A stretch of 64,000 nt of DNA from Geosiphon pyriformis uo1 (Eukaryota; Fungi; Glomeromycota): contig JAAOMT010000514.1 in the NCBI GenBank assembly GCA_016748015.1, positions 237,866 through 301,865 of the forward strand, read 5' to 3'. Within the stretch, counting starts at the first letter, position 1. Every line of letters begins with the position of its first letter. Positions 36,226 through 50,500 of this stretch are shown here, one piece after another. Made by a program: the position numbers and the translations under genes. The notes under the pieces are model-generated. The model made no database searches. It worked only from the letters and a program-made list of their open reading frames with translations, and was not told the DNA's origin.

Positions 36226-39200
36226 GATTTGCTTCTTTATGATGTTGAATATCATAATCAAATTCATCCAAATGGAGTATTCAGCAAGTTATTTATTTGT
36301 GATTCAGCTTCTTTTTATTGTGCAGTCAAACCAAGGCTTGATGATCTGTGACCACTAAAAATTTTGCACCAAGAAAATATTAATCTCAGTAGCTAGTAGC
36401 CCAAACTACTGCTAAATATTCTTGTTTAGTAACTGAATAGTTCTTTTCTGCTGGTGTGAGGGATCTACTGGCATATGCTATGGTATGTTTTCTGTCATTT
36501 TCATCTTTTTGTAAAAAAACAGCACCAAGTCTATAGCCAAATGCATCAGTATAGAAGATGACAGATTAGGTTGCTTAAGAATTGGTTTAATAACAAGTTT
36601 TTCCTTCAGAATTTTAAAAGCTTTTTGTTAATGAGTGTCCCAGTAATAATTGACATTTTTTCTAAGTAGCTGATTGAGAAGAAAGACAATTTTGGATAGT
36701 AAGAGGCCAAACCAAGGAAAGAGTATAGTTCAGAAACATTTATTAGTTGTCTAATGTTCTGAACTTTTTCAACTTTAGCTGAATCAGGAAAGATTCCATC
36801 TTTTGTAATAAGATGACCAAGGAACTGGGTAGATTGGCATCCAAAAAAAGATTTGATTGGGTTGATCTTAAGACCAGCATTTCTGAGCAGATCAAAAATC
36901 TTCTGTAAATATTCAAGGTGTTCATCCCAGGTTTTTGAATATACTATTATGTTATCTAAGTAAACCAGAACAAAGTTTTCTTTTATTAATTCAAACACTT
37001 TATCCATTAGGCATTGAAAGGTGGAAAGAGCATTGGTAAGACCAAAAGACATAACTGTGAATTCATAGGTATCATACTTGGTGATAAAAGCAGTTTTCTT
37101 TCTGCTTTCTGGATCCATCTCTATTTGCCAAAATCCAGCAATTAAGTCAATGATTGAGAAGAAAGCAGCACTATTGAATTTATTTAGCATTGCATCAATT
37201 TTGGGAAGTGGGTACATGTCTCTTATAGTAATGGCATTTAGTTGGCAATAGTCAACACAAAAGCATAGGATTCCATCTTTCTTTGATATCACTACAACTA
37301 AGTAAGCTTATTTGCTCTTAGTTTCTTGTATGAATCCAAGATCTTTCATTCTGTTTATCTCTTTCTTAATAAACTCATTATTGTGTTAATTGAATTGATA
37401 AGACTTCAAATAGATGGGATGAGTTTCTTTAATAATAATAGTGTGTTGTATTATATGGGTTCGTCCAAAGGTGTCACCTTTTTTTGAAATAACTGAGCCA
37501 TTTTTAGCCAACAAATTTTCAATGTCCACTTTTTTTTCTTCAGAGGAAGGTTTTCTTTGTTCTACAACTAGGAATTAGATTTCAGGTGGTTCACTCTCAA
37601 AAAACTTCTGTACTTCTTTTAGTTTTTTTCTGGATATCAAACTAATTGGTTCTCAATTTTTATAATAGATTAGGCAGGACTTGTATTCATCATTAGGGAA
37701 ATACAAAGATTTATTGTACTAGTATCTGGCACAAAAACCATGCCATCAATAACTGTATTTTGCTTTTTTGCCAGGTTTTTTATTAAAGGTTCTTTTGAGG
37801 ATATCATAGTAAAGCCAGCAGATTAGCTTCCCATTTACCATGATTTCTTTTTTGTCAGCTTTAACATTGTCCAGTGGCTTGCCATTGCTGATAAAAATAG
37901 TATAGATAAGTTCAGCAGTTTTTTTTTGTTCTTCTTGATCTTCTTTATTATTGCTCTTATCATCATCTGATTCATCTGATTGTTTTTCTTCTTGGTTCTG
38001 TTTGGTTACTGGAGGAGTTGTCTAATGATGACATTTAACCACAATGGGTTTCTCACCACATCTGATGGTTAGCTCGCAAAGTTTATAGTTAAGTAGTGCT
38101 TTGGCTTTCTTAAGCCACTTATTACTAACAATGATAGTATACTCTTTTGCTTCAAATACTTCTATGTCTGTTTCAATGCTGATATCATTGATGTGAACAA
38201 GAACAGCTTTGGCTATATCCAGACTTTTTTTTTTGTTACCATGTATATTGGTCATAGACTGAGTGGAAGATTTATTAATCTTTCTTCCAATGGCTTCCAA
38301 AAAGTGTTTGGCAATTACACTAACAGATGATTCACTGTCTAGAATCAAATCAATAAAGTAGCCAGTCACTTGGGCTTTGCAAATTAGAAAAGTAACATTG
38401 CTGTTGTCAGCAAGTCCAGCTTAACAAAAACACTTATTGGTTTTTGGTGTCTTCTTCTTTGGTATCAATGATTTGCAAAGATTTTTTCTGAACTGTAGAT
38501 GGGTCATTAGTTGGCCAAATGTAATATGTATTGGGGTTTCCATAAGATCTTTAACAATAAAATAGAGGCCAGATTTTTGTACTATTTTTGGAGGTTCTAA
38601 CTTTGAAAAATTTTAAAACTTTAGCCTTTGGTGGCTCATTGTTGTCAGCAGTGGAAGTTGAGGCTTTGTTAGGATCTAAAACGAAATTAACTTTGGCTTT
38701 CTTCTTCTTTCTTGTTAAGTCAGAGGTATTAATTGCCAGTTCATCCATATCATGGTCATCATTAGTTAGGTTAAAAGCGTAAAAAAAGTTTTCTTCTGGT
38801 TGGCTTACACTCTTACCCTTTGGAGGTGCACCTACCAGTTTAAAGGCTGATAAACAATAGCTTCAACTAAAGGATCCTCTCCAAAGAAATTGATGTTGGC
38901 ATGATTGGGTCTTTGATTAAGAACATTATTATTATTGGGTCTGTTATTCTGGGTGTTATTATTTCTAGGAGCTGGAGAGAGCAATAAAGAATTGTTGCAG
39001 TCTCTGGAAAAGTGTCCAGTTAGTCCACAGTAATAGCACACAGATGGGCCACGATTTTGTTGTCTTTGATATGGTGATTGTTGGGGCTGATTGAAGCAGA
39101 GTTCAAATCTGGGTCTTTGGGGTTGCTAATTGTTTCTAACTGCTTGGGCTAATAGTTCTAATAGCTGAGCAAGGTTAATAGTAAGTCTGTCTATTAATTA

Positions 39201-41117
39201 TTCATTGGAGTTTTGAGTGTGAGTGGCAAAAGAGATAGCAGCCATTTGTGAAACTGGAACCATGACAAAAGCAGAAACAAAAACTGGAAGAGTAGATCTT
39301 AAGTGTATTTTTTGGTTGTTTTCTATTCTCTGGGCAAGTTTAATGGCCATATCCATTGTGAGATTATCTTTTAGGGCCAGGAGGGGCCAAAAAGCATATA
39401 AAAGATCAGTTCTTAATCCTTTTGTAAAGGAATAAATCTTTTGCTCTTCTGTTTAATTTCTACTAAAGTCTACATGCTTAATTAATTTTCTAATGGCTTT
39501 AGCATATTCAATTATTATTTCTCATGGGTCTTGGGTTCTTCTTTTCAATTCTATGTGCCATTTGAATATCAAGATAAGAGTTCTAAATTTTGTTTCAAAC
39601 CAGATAGTAAAAGAAGTGTTATCTTCTTCAGCATTTGCTGATGTCTATCTAATGATTTTTTGCTAAGCATTGGCATTGGTTTTTTGTAAAAACCAAGTAG
39701 CAGGAGAGCCTTGGAGGTAGCCACCAATAATTTGGAACTTGTATTTATTATCATATTGGTTTGCTGTGACAGCTCTCTTAAAATCATCCAGCCATTCAAT
39801 TGGATCTTGGGCATCACTTCTGAATAATAGTAATAAAGTGTTGTTTCTTCGCTCTAAAGCAGTCTGTATATCTTGAAAAATAATTAAAATGTTTTGTTGC
39901 AGAGGGTTTTAAGCCATTGGTTCAAGTATAACTGTTTGTGTAGAGTGTTTTGATTCATTTGAAAAGAGATCAAAAATGGGAGCAGTTTGATAGCTTTTTT
40001 CTTCTGTTTTAAGAAAAGTTTCAGTTGATTGATAGGCAGCAATTCAAATGTGGATTTGATGATTCAGATATTCAAAATCAGAGGGCTGTTATTCAAAGGT
40101 TGTAGAATATAAGAGCTGATTAATACTGTTGTTTCTTTCTTTAAAGTTGTTTTTAAAATAAGCTTGGTCAAAATAATAGGTTGTATAAGCTGTATAGGTT
40201 TCAGCTGAATGCTCATTCAGGAACCAGTTCCAAAAGTCTTGGAATTGTCTGCTGGATTGTTCTTCAATGGAAAAGCAAATCAAGCAAAAGAGCAAAGGAT
40301 TGAGTTCAATAAAGTCTAGATTGTTTTTGTTGTATGCTTCAAAGTGTTTTTTTGATTATTGTGGCAAATATAAATAATCACTCATACAATAGGAAACAAA
40401 GTAGATTTTGACAATCTTACAGAGAGCACTACTTTTATGTTATGAGTTGGAATAACAAGCTAATAGATAGCAAGAGAAAACAGGATTGTAAGGTGATAAA
40501 AGAAATCAAAGAGAATTTAACTTCAAAGAGCAAATTGAATAAGTATAGATTCAATATGCAAGATTAGTCTCATAAAATATCTCAGTCACTGTACTTTTCT
40601 AAAGATAACTGGAGAATCTGAAGGTAAAGGAATAGTCCATATTGTCAACAAATGATCACACATTAGTATAATTCTATGCCTTATATCAGTACTCTTAGAA
40701 TTCAATATCAGATATTAGATGTACTCTTCAGTTATGTTTTATTCAATAATCTTCAAATACTGCAATTACATGTTTTAGGAAAAGGGTAAGTAAATGCCAA
40801 CAAGTAATCTTTTATCCTAAGATGTTCAGATACTTAAAGATAGGGAAAAGGAAATTAGTGATAAGAGAATAATTGAGATGAAAGTTGTTATTTTATTTAT
40901 TTGATTTTTTTGATTTCTACATGCTTTTCTACAGCTAAGAGATTTATCACTTATATAGCTATCAAAAGTGGTCAATGATTAGATTAATGATCAGGTCAAT
41001 GGTCAGATTATTGATCAGGTCAATAATCACTTTCTAAAAATAGAGTGGCTAATTTATATAATATCAGTGATTAATACATATAATAATTAATAAAAAGTAT
41101 AAGTTTTAACCATAACA
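36226..41117 (-). mobile_element. Family A element lacking IN and 3' LTR (5' LTR 40438-41117, gag, PR, RT, RH)
   Basis: Colinear with 8085-12608. RT ORF 36606-37292, PR 38022-38369, knuckle 38832-39041. Confidence 0.92.
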
Positions 41118-43101
41118 ATATAAAACTCTAGCCAAAACCAGTAAAGAAAAAAACTTATAGAACAAAGTACTGCTTTCAGTCTTGTTTACTTATAAAACTA
41201 TAAATTATAACATAATAAATTATAAACTTTTTTATTTGCTTTATAAATAAATAACAATTTTGCCAATAAAAACAAATATTAAAACAATATTTTTTGAAAA
41301 AATTACAATAGAAAATTATAAAAATATTTTGCAAAAAAAACTTGGTACTATTTTTAACTTATTAATAAAAACACAAATAATTGTTTTTAAAAAAATAAAA
41401 CAGTTTCAAGAAAAACTTAAGAAAAAGAAAACTTATAAAACACTTTTCTTAAGTATTAGTGACTTAATTTTAGAATATCACTTAGACAAAAACAATATCT
41501 ATAATAATAAATTTTCTAGCTAGTAAAAAAACTCTTTATAGTTAACAAAATTTTGAATAATAATTTTTATATCTTACAAAATTAATATAAAACAATCTTT
41601 AATGTTGTTTTTTTTATAATATGTAATTTAAGAAATATCACAAATAACCTAATTAATTATCTGTTATAATAATATTGGTTCAAATAATCAACAAAAATCA
41701 AATATAAATAAATATACTATTCTTAAAACAAAAGTATTTTTAATTAATATGAATAATTATTTTCTGAATCAAAACATTTAAAATGTTTTCTATATTTTCT
41801 ATGAGTATTAGATCAAAAATTATTCAAGTGCTATTTTAATTATTAGAAAACAGACCACTATAATTAATAATAGTAGAACACATACTATTATTAGACCCAA
41901 GAAAACCACTACCAAAAGAGAAAAAATTGATAGCAAAATGGATAAATATTTGTTGAAAAGTATAACAGCAGCTATACTCCCATTTTTTAGCATAAGTGGA
42001 AAAACACTCTAAAAAATTTTACCTATAAACAAAAACTTGTCATATGAAAGACAATTAGAACTTTATGGTTATCTTAATAAAATTATAGAAGACAGAAAAC
42101 TAATAAAGAAAACAACTTCAAAAATACAGGCAGAAATTTTGGGCATTATATAATTAGATGTTCTAAAAGTTTTAATTATTGCTAAAAGTGCCAAAACTCT
42201 AATACAAAAATTTAGTCTTTTGAATACAAAACTTATTTTACCTTAAATATTATACATTTTATCTACCAAAAACTTTAATAAACTAGTTAGCTTTGAGTTA
42301 AATAAAGCTCTTCAAATAAATTACATCATGAATAACTTGATTTTGCCAGAGCTTAATCTCTTTGGAAAAGATGATTTTACAGTTAAAACCTATACTTTTT
42401 ATTAATTATAACATCTATTAGCCACTGATGTTATATAATTAGCCACTCTATTTTTAGAAAGTAATCATTGTTTTGATTAATAATCTGACCATTGATCTGA
42501 TCATTGACCTGATCAATAATTTGATTATTGACTTGATTATTGACTTAGTCGTTGATCTGATTATTGACCACTTTTGATGACTATATAAGCAATGAATCTC
42601 TTAGCTGTAGAAAAAGATGTAAAAATCAAAGAAAAAAAAGAAATAAAATAACAACTTTTATCTCAATTATTCTCTTATCACTAATTTCCTTTTTTCTACC
42701 TTTAAGTATTTAAACATTTTGGAATAAAAGATTACTTGTTGGTTATTTTCTATCTTTTTTCTGAAACGTATAATTGTAGCATTTGGAAATTATTGAATAA
42801 AACATGACTGAAGAGTACATTTAATATTTGATATTGAATTTTAAGAGTGCTAATATAAAGCATAAAATTATACCAGTGTGTTATTATTTGTTAACAATAC
42901 AGACTATTTCTCTACCTTTAGATTCTTTGGTTATCTTTTGAAAAGAATAACAACTGAGATATTTTATGAGACTGATCTCACATATTAAATCTATACTTAT
43001 TTAATTCACTCTTTGAAGTTGAATTCTCTTTAATTAATTTCATTACTTTACAATTCTATTTTTTCTTGCTATTCATTAGCTTCTTACTCCAATCCATAAT
43101 A
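41118..43101 (+). mobile_element. 3' part of degraded family A element (IN C-terminus, ORF3 41749-42404, PPT, 3' LTR ~42375-43101)
   Basis: Matches the reverse complement of 5653-7250. Confidence 0.85.
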
Positions 43102-44700
43102 TTATCTCTTTAGCTTGTATTCTACAAAGTTGTAAGAATACTATATTTTATGATAAGCTTATAGTGCTTAATTAATATCATACAAATGATAAAAACCAAT
43201 TAAAAACTACAAGACACTTTAAAAAAAACAGTTTTTTATACATAAAACAGTCTTTAGTTTTGGCTTGGATTAAAAATAAACCAAATCTTTATTTATAAGC
43301 AAATATAATGTGTAATTTGACTAAAAAGTATATATATATAATATGTAATTTTAACTTTGATAAAGCACTTGTTATTTTTGTTCAAAAAACAAAATTACAT
43401 GAAATAATACTTACTAGAAATATAATTCAAGCTGCTAATATAAAGTTTTATAATTAATTAGATATTTCAGAAAATAAACACCAAAAACCATTTAATAACT
43501 AACTTAAAAGCTTTAAAGACTATGTTAAATTACATTTATTTTACTTTTATAGTAAGTATTATCAGCCAATATTAAACATATTAAAAATAAGTAAGTATAT
43601 ATAATAATATTTTTTGCTAATTAGAAGTTATAAAATATTTTTAACATAGATAAAATTGCACTATTTTATATTATATTACCAAATTGAAATCTTATTACAA
43701 TACTATATTATAGTACCAAATAATTAAAAGTATGATTAACACTTTTTTTTACAATCAATGCTAATAGAACTGAGTATTTGCACTATTTATTATTGGTTAT
43801 GCTAAAAATTTATGGTGTTTTTAAAAAAAACAGGAAAGCAACTTGGTTTTTAATATTATTCAAACACTCATGCTTAAATAACTAATAATATTTTTTGATA
43901 ATAGCTTGTTAATTGGAATTATTAGCTGCATAAAAAAAACCAAAATATATTGTAGACAATTTTGCTAATCACAACAATAATATGAGATTTATTACAAATA
44001 TTCATGTAAAATAGTTTGTATCTAATTTGACAATATATATTCAACTTATGGATACTGAAATTATTTATTGTGTTAAAACATATTACTATTGTTATTTTTT
44101 TATTATGTATTAGAATTTTTTAATAATGATGCTGATGATATTTATGTAATCAACCAACTTTAAACAATGCATTTAATTTATAGAACATAAAAGAATGTTT
44201 CAAATAAAATAATAACTTATTGTTGACATAAAGTTAGTATTTTTTTAATTAATACAAATGACAACTTTCAGAATAAAACTGCAAATTTAGAAATAATAGT
44301 ATTAAAAAAAATTAAAAATTATTACAAAAACTTTAATTGTATACAGCTAAATTATACATATTTATTAATTAAAAAGTTGGTAAATTTATCTGAAAAAAAC
44401 AATACAATTATTTTGAAACATCTAAATAATAATAAGATTGCAAATTATATTATAATAAATCGTAAAACAAAGCATAATAGCTTTAATAAAAAACAAAAAG
44501 TACAGAAAATAATAAGTATTAAGAATATACTAACTGTTATTACAAATTTTAAACAATTTATAAAGCTTAAAAATAGCAAGAAATTTTATAATGCAGTTAA
44601 AAAGTTTGTTTATGTTAAATATATACTTTATAAAAAAATACAAAATAAATAAAAAACAAACAACTTTTATAATTTTCTTTAATATTGCATGAACTATTTA
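43102..44700 (+). mobile_element. Degraded pogo/Tigger (CENP-B-like) DDE DNA transposase
   Basis: By-eye translation gives HTH-like FDKALVIFVQ...LTRNIIQ...N*LKSFK, NIDKIALFY (NMDETALFY), *LTLFFTINANRTE, VDNFANH and IQLMDTEII (QPMDAGII). Confidence 0.72.
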
Positions 44701-44829
44701 AAAATTTTTATAAGAATATGCAAATAAATTTATTTTTAATATATATATACTATATATATTTAAACCTAAAAAAACCCATAATTTGTAATAATTCATAGTA
44801 ATTTATTATAATATTAATATAAAAAATTA

Positions 44830-45240
44830 ACAAAAATTAATTATAAATAAATATATTATTTCTAAAACAAATATATTTTTAATTAATATAAACAATTATT
44901 TTCTGAATCAAAATATTTAAAATATTTTTTATACTCTTTATAAGTATTAAACCAAAAATCATTTAAATATTATTTTAATTATTAAAAACAAATTATTATA
45001 ACTAATAATAATAAAATATATACTATTATTAAACCAAAAAAACCACTATTAAAAAAAAAACAGGTAATAAAATAAATATATATATACTTAAAAACATAAC
45101 AGCAATAATACTATTATTTTTTAATATATTTGAAAAAATAATTAAAAAATTTTTGTCTATAAACAAAAATTTGTTATATAAAAAATAATTAAAGTTTTAT
45201 AATCGACTTAGTAAAATTATAAAAAACATAAAAAAAAAAA
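44830..45240 (+). mobile_element. Ghost of family A ORF3, 5' half (continues 52328-53006 after the LINE)
   Basis: Colinear with 41700-42100 with G>A/C>T changes. Confidence 0.7.
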
Positions 45241-45366
45241 CTTCTTTCTTTCATTCCTCCTCAAATCCCAAAAGTTTTTTGGAAGAAGTTTTTTACCATT
45301 CAGTATGATAAATCCAAACCATTTCTGCTTGATTACGAGACCATTGTTGGCCCTAATATTGCTGTC

Positions 45367-47503
45367 ATGAAACAGACGGTTAAAAGTTCTGGCTCCGAAG
45401 GTGGTTTCAAGGCTGTTGTGTCAAGGAAAAAAAGAAGAGGCAGTGTTCTTGAGGACAATACTGGTGCTAAAGAGGGTTCTGTTAAGGTGCAAAGTGGTCA
45501 TTCATGGGGTTTAGAGACTGGTGATACCACAGAATCTGACAGTATTGATATGGAAAAGGAGTGTCTTGTAGAGGAAACAAGTTTCGATTATGGTAAAGGT
45601 GGTGTTATTGTTGGTGGAGATTTGGATCAAATGCTGAAAGGTTCATGGGTGACAACTAGGAAAGCATTGGGAAAGCCTTTGGGAAAGATAGACTTCCTGG
45701 ATGACAATGATAATGATGATGTCCTTCTGGATGCCCCTCTGGTGCTTCCCTCTTCTCTTAAGAACCTGGTCAATGTTTCTGTTAGAAAGTCATTTGCTTT
45801 GGATTTAGATCTGAAAGCGGTAGAAGAAAATTCGGCCCAGGAAAAGCTCAAAAAGATCAGGAGTTTATTTTCAGGAATCAATGGTTTTGGGAGGGCATCT
45901 ACCCCCTCAAAGTTCTCAGGAATCATCAGAGCAACATTCACTTCCAAATCGGGTCTAATGAAAGCCACTAAAAAAGCTACTGGTGCGAATATCATGATAA
46001 ACACCAATTTTAAGAGATCAGCTGGTCGCTCAGATCAGGCTGTGGTGTTAAAGAAAATTCCAGTTGGAACATCAGCTGAGGCTGTGCGTGCTGCGCTCTC
46101 TAAGTTTGGGATAATTAAGTCGATCAAGATGCAATTGGTGGGGCTGTGGCAGAAGGCTGTGGTAGAATTTGAGCAATCAGATCATGCTGATTTGGTCGCG
46201 GCAAAGTGGTCAATCTTAATTGAGAAGGATGCTGTGCGGGTGGCTAGATCAGATTTGGACAAAGAATCATGGGACGTAAGGGACCAGCATAGGGCACTGC
46301 TCTATACTCTGCCAATAGGAACGACTGCTTATGACATCTGGGATTTTATTGGTTCTGTGGGTGGGAAGATGTGTGTTATTGATCATCATCTGGTTATGTA
46401 TGCTAGGGCTAGGTGTGCTGTCATCTGTTTTGATTCTGCTGAATCATTGAATGCCATTGTGGGAACCATGCCAGTGTTGAAGGGCGCCAATCTATGCTGG
46501 TCTTGTCTTGTTTCGGCCAAGTGTGTCAAGTGTGAGAAATCAGGCCATACATCATTGGGCTGTGTGATTGGTGGGAGGGTTTCTTCAGGTTTGTCTTTGC
46601 GTAGAGTCCTGTCAGACACAGATAAAAGCAGATTGGCAGCCATCTATGTCAAGCGATCAGCTCCANNNNNNNNNNNNNNNNNNNNTCTGGGATTTTATTG
46701 GTTCTGTGGGTGGGAAGATGTGTGTTATTGATCATCATCTGGTTATGTATGCTAGGGCTAGGTGTGCTGTCATCTGTTTTGATTCTGCTGAATCATTGAA
46801 TGCCATTGTGGGAACCATGCCAGTGTTGAAGGGCGCCAATCTATGCTGGTCTTGTCTTGTTTCGGCCAAGTGTGTCAAGTGTGAGAAATCAGGCCATACA
46901 TCATTGGGCTGTGTGATTGGTGGGAGGGTTTCTTCAGGTTTGTCTTTGCGTAGAGTCCTGTCAGACACAGATAAAAGCAGATTGGCAGCCATCTATGTCA
47001 AGCGATCAGCTCCAGTTGCTCGTCCAGTCTCTTTTGGTGGTCTCTCTTGGGCAAAGGTTGCTAGTGGGTTTTCTTTTCCTCCTCTCTCTGAATGAAATGC
47101 TTCAGTAAAATCTGGTTTCTCTTCGGAGATGGTGCCATCCCTGCCAGTTTCGATGGAAGTCAATGATAGGTTTGCTGCTCTTGAGTGCAGTCTCGCCAGT
47201 CTTGCGGAGCAGGTGGGTAAGCTGGTTAAGAGGTTGGATGCACTTGGGCCAACGGTTTTCCAGCCAAGCCCTGGATGTCAGCTGTTGGTGACCCCTTCAT
47301 TACAGAATCAAGGGGCAGATATAGTGATGAGTGAGGATTCAGGTACAGTCACTTGTGGTGAGATTGTTGTAGGAGCAGTGTCTTTCGATGTATCTTTGGT
47401 GTCTAAGTTGGAAGACAGCATGAAGTGTCTGATGGAAACAGTTCTGGGACTTTCAGCCAAAGTAGACAGTTTTGGGGTGGGTTCAAATTCCTTTTTTTCT
47501 TAA
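45367..47503 (+). pseudogene. LINE ORF1 (RRM-like regions, CCHC knuckle, coiled coil)
   Basis: CVKCEKSGHTSLGC. One internal stop and an assembly duplication. Confidence 0.85.
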
Positions 47504-50500
47504 TGAACAGTCTGGTTTGGAATATTGCTACTTGCAATATCAGAGGTATGAACAATCTTGTGAAACAAGATGATGTTATTTGTTGGCATATGAAGAAACA
47601 ATTTAGTTTCTATTTTTACAGAATCAAAGTTAAAAGAGAAAATTTGCCCCTGGATTGTCAACAAATATGATGGTGTGCGGGTGTTTACCTCTGGTTTGGA
47701 ATCTGGATATCTGGGTGCTGGTGTTGCAGTCATCATGAATTCTTTTTTGGCGAGACATGTGTGCAAAGTGTTAGAGGTGCCTGGTCAACTCTTGTCCATT
47801 AAGTTACTTTTCAAAAATAAACTTTCGGTGTCTATTCTGGGTCTGTATGCTGGTGCTTCCTCAGCAGTTTGGTTCTTTTAGGCTGGTGAAGTCAACTCTC
47901 TTATTGTAAAAGCTGTTAATAAATCTTTCTTCGTTGTTCTCGGTGGCGATTTCAATGAAGATGGTTCTCACAAGTGTGCAAGCTTTAAAAAGTGTCTGAA
48001 TTTGGGTCTGGTTAATGCCTTGGGTGGGAGCTCTTGTGGGAAATTGCCGACTTGGTCCAATTCTCGGGGTGTTGCTAAGACGATTGATTTTATGTTCGTT
48101 TCTTCAAATCTGGTCAATGCAGTAGTGGGTTGCGATGTGTTTGGTGTTGGGGAATACTTTGATACTGATCATCAGGCTGTCTCAGTGTTAGTGGGTTTGG
48201 GTGGTCTGCTCGATGTTCAGTTGAATTCTGTTCGCAAGCAAGCAAATAGAAATCGCTAAAAGTACAATTGCAAAGGTGCGGATAATGTTAAATGGGCCAA
48301 ATTTAAAGAAGATACGGTGGCAAATGCTGCTATGTTTCATGATGATTTTCTTGCTGCCAGGATTCACTCAGACTTGGATTCGATGTGGGTTGCTCTCCGT
48401 AGAATAATGTGTCTGTCTGCTGTGGCAGTTTTCAAGAAAAAGTGGTTCAAAAGATATGATAAAAATTTTAGTAAGAATTCGTCCAAATTTCACAAGCTAG
48501 AGCTCTTGGTGTCTAAGTTAGTTAAGGCATCTCATATGGATTCTGCTGAGGAGTTTACATCCTTGCTCGACAGGTGGGAAAGTTTGGATTTGGTCAATGT
48601 TTCTGCGGTGAAGTCTCTCTTCTTATCAGGTTCTCACTTCGATGCTATTTGGTCAGTTTTGTTTAAGGTCAAAAAGTCTTATCACACATCCAAAATGTCG
48701 GAAGCAAAGCGAGTTAGGAAATCTCAAATCAGGTCAGCAATAGATAAGAGAATGGAAAGTTTTGAATTGGACAAAGGTTATACTATTAGGAGTGTATTGG
48801 AATGTTCTTTTTGCAAAGTAACTTTGGATCATCTGGTTGTTGATGATGAGTTAGTTTTGGAGCCTGTTTTGGTTAAGGCCAAAGTAGATACAGTCATGAA
48901 GGAATGGACTAGGAAGCGCAATGTAGTTTCTGATGTTACTGGTGTTTGGGATCGCCAATATCAGTCTTTAGAGTATGTTTTTGATGACGCTTTTTCTGGT
49001 GTAATGAGCCTAATTGATTTTGATGAGATGTCTAGTGTCGTTTTGAACCTGCCTGATGGGAAAGCAGTTGGTCTCTCTGGTATCTTGAATGAGTTGTGGA
49101 AACATTGTGACAAATCAGTTTTGAATATGCTTTTAGTGCTTTTGAATGTTTGCTTGGAGCATGAATCTGTTCCTGGGCCTTGGAAGGAGGCTTGAGTATC
49201 GATGATCCCCAAACCATATAAGTAGGAGGGTGTTCTCACAAATACCCGTCCTATTGCTTTGGTTGAGACGGCTCGCAAAATCCTTTCTAAAGTGCTTTCG
49301 AACAGAATTTCTTTGGCTTGTAGTGTTTTCGACGTTCTTAGGAGGAATAATTTTTCTGTTTTAAAAGGCATGACCACGGGGTCTCCTATTTTTGCTATTG
49401 GATTGGTCATTGAGGATGCTTTGGAGAAAAACCGAGAGCTGTGGCTGGTCTTGCAAGACATGCGAAAGACTTATGATTCTGTTGGCTGGGAGCATCTGAG
49501 GAAGAGCTTGGTCAGAATAAAAATGTGTAACAAATTCATTCAGTTTTTTGGTAGCATCCACAATGATCGGGTCAACAGAGTTATGACGAATTTTGAGTTG
49601 ACTGATGGATATCGGGTACATGATGGTTTGGATCAAGGGGAGGTGTTTTCTCCTCTTCTCTGGCATATATTTTATGATCTCCTTTTGTGTGAAGTCAAGA
49701 GACAAGAAAGTGTATGTGGATATAGATTAAACTCTCGTTTTGTTGCCAACACTGGTCGCGCTAAATCTTGGGCTGGTTTGACTTCTTTCCTTGCTGCTGG
49801 TGCTTTTGTCGACGATATGATTTGGGTTGGTAGCAGCCAGACTGCCACCCAACATATTCTCAATGTTGCTAGTAAGTTTTTTCGAGTCAATGACATTTTG
49901 ATCAATAATGACAAAACAGTGGCCATTCCCATTAATTGCAGAGTTTCCAGCCCTTATTTGTTGATCAGTGGTTTGCTTATTTCGATAGCCAAAAGGGAAG
50001 AGCCTCATCAGTACCTGGGTATCTTTCTGTCTACTGAAGGTTTGTCGAAGCCTAGCTTAGCTAAGGCATGCTTGGATGTCCGGTTTTTCACCAATCTTGT
50101 TCTGAGAAAGGTTATCTCTGATAAGCAGTTCTTGTATTTGGTGTTAGTGATTCTTCACCCCATAATTGTTTATAGGATTCAGTTTAGTTTTGTTCCTATT
50201 AGTGTGTGTGCAAAATGGGATGCTATAATTTGTAAAGATTTGAAGTCCAAATCTGGCCTGCCACTCAACTTTCCCAATGATGCTATTCATTATCCTTCTC
50301 TGTACAGGTTGAAATCTTTTGAACAGATCCAGGCTGAGAGCAAGTCAGCTGCTGTTGTTTGTTTTGCCAATTCAGTAGGTATTTTGGGCTGCCTGTTCGC
50401 GCATAGGTCTCATGATTTACAGGTTTTCAGCTGGTGCCCTCGTCACCCTCTACTTTTCTCTTCTCATATTAATGTCAGTCCTTTGAATAATTTTTTGGCT

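Noticed and set aside
46337-47014. Exact ~330-bp tandem duplication in LINE ORF1
   Set aside because: Identical copies flank a 20-N gap in a region where all real repeats are mutated, so this is an unmerged contig overlap.
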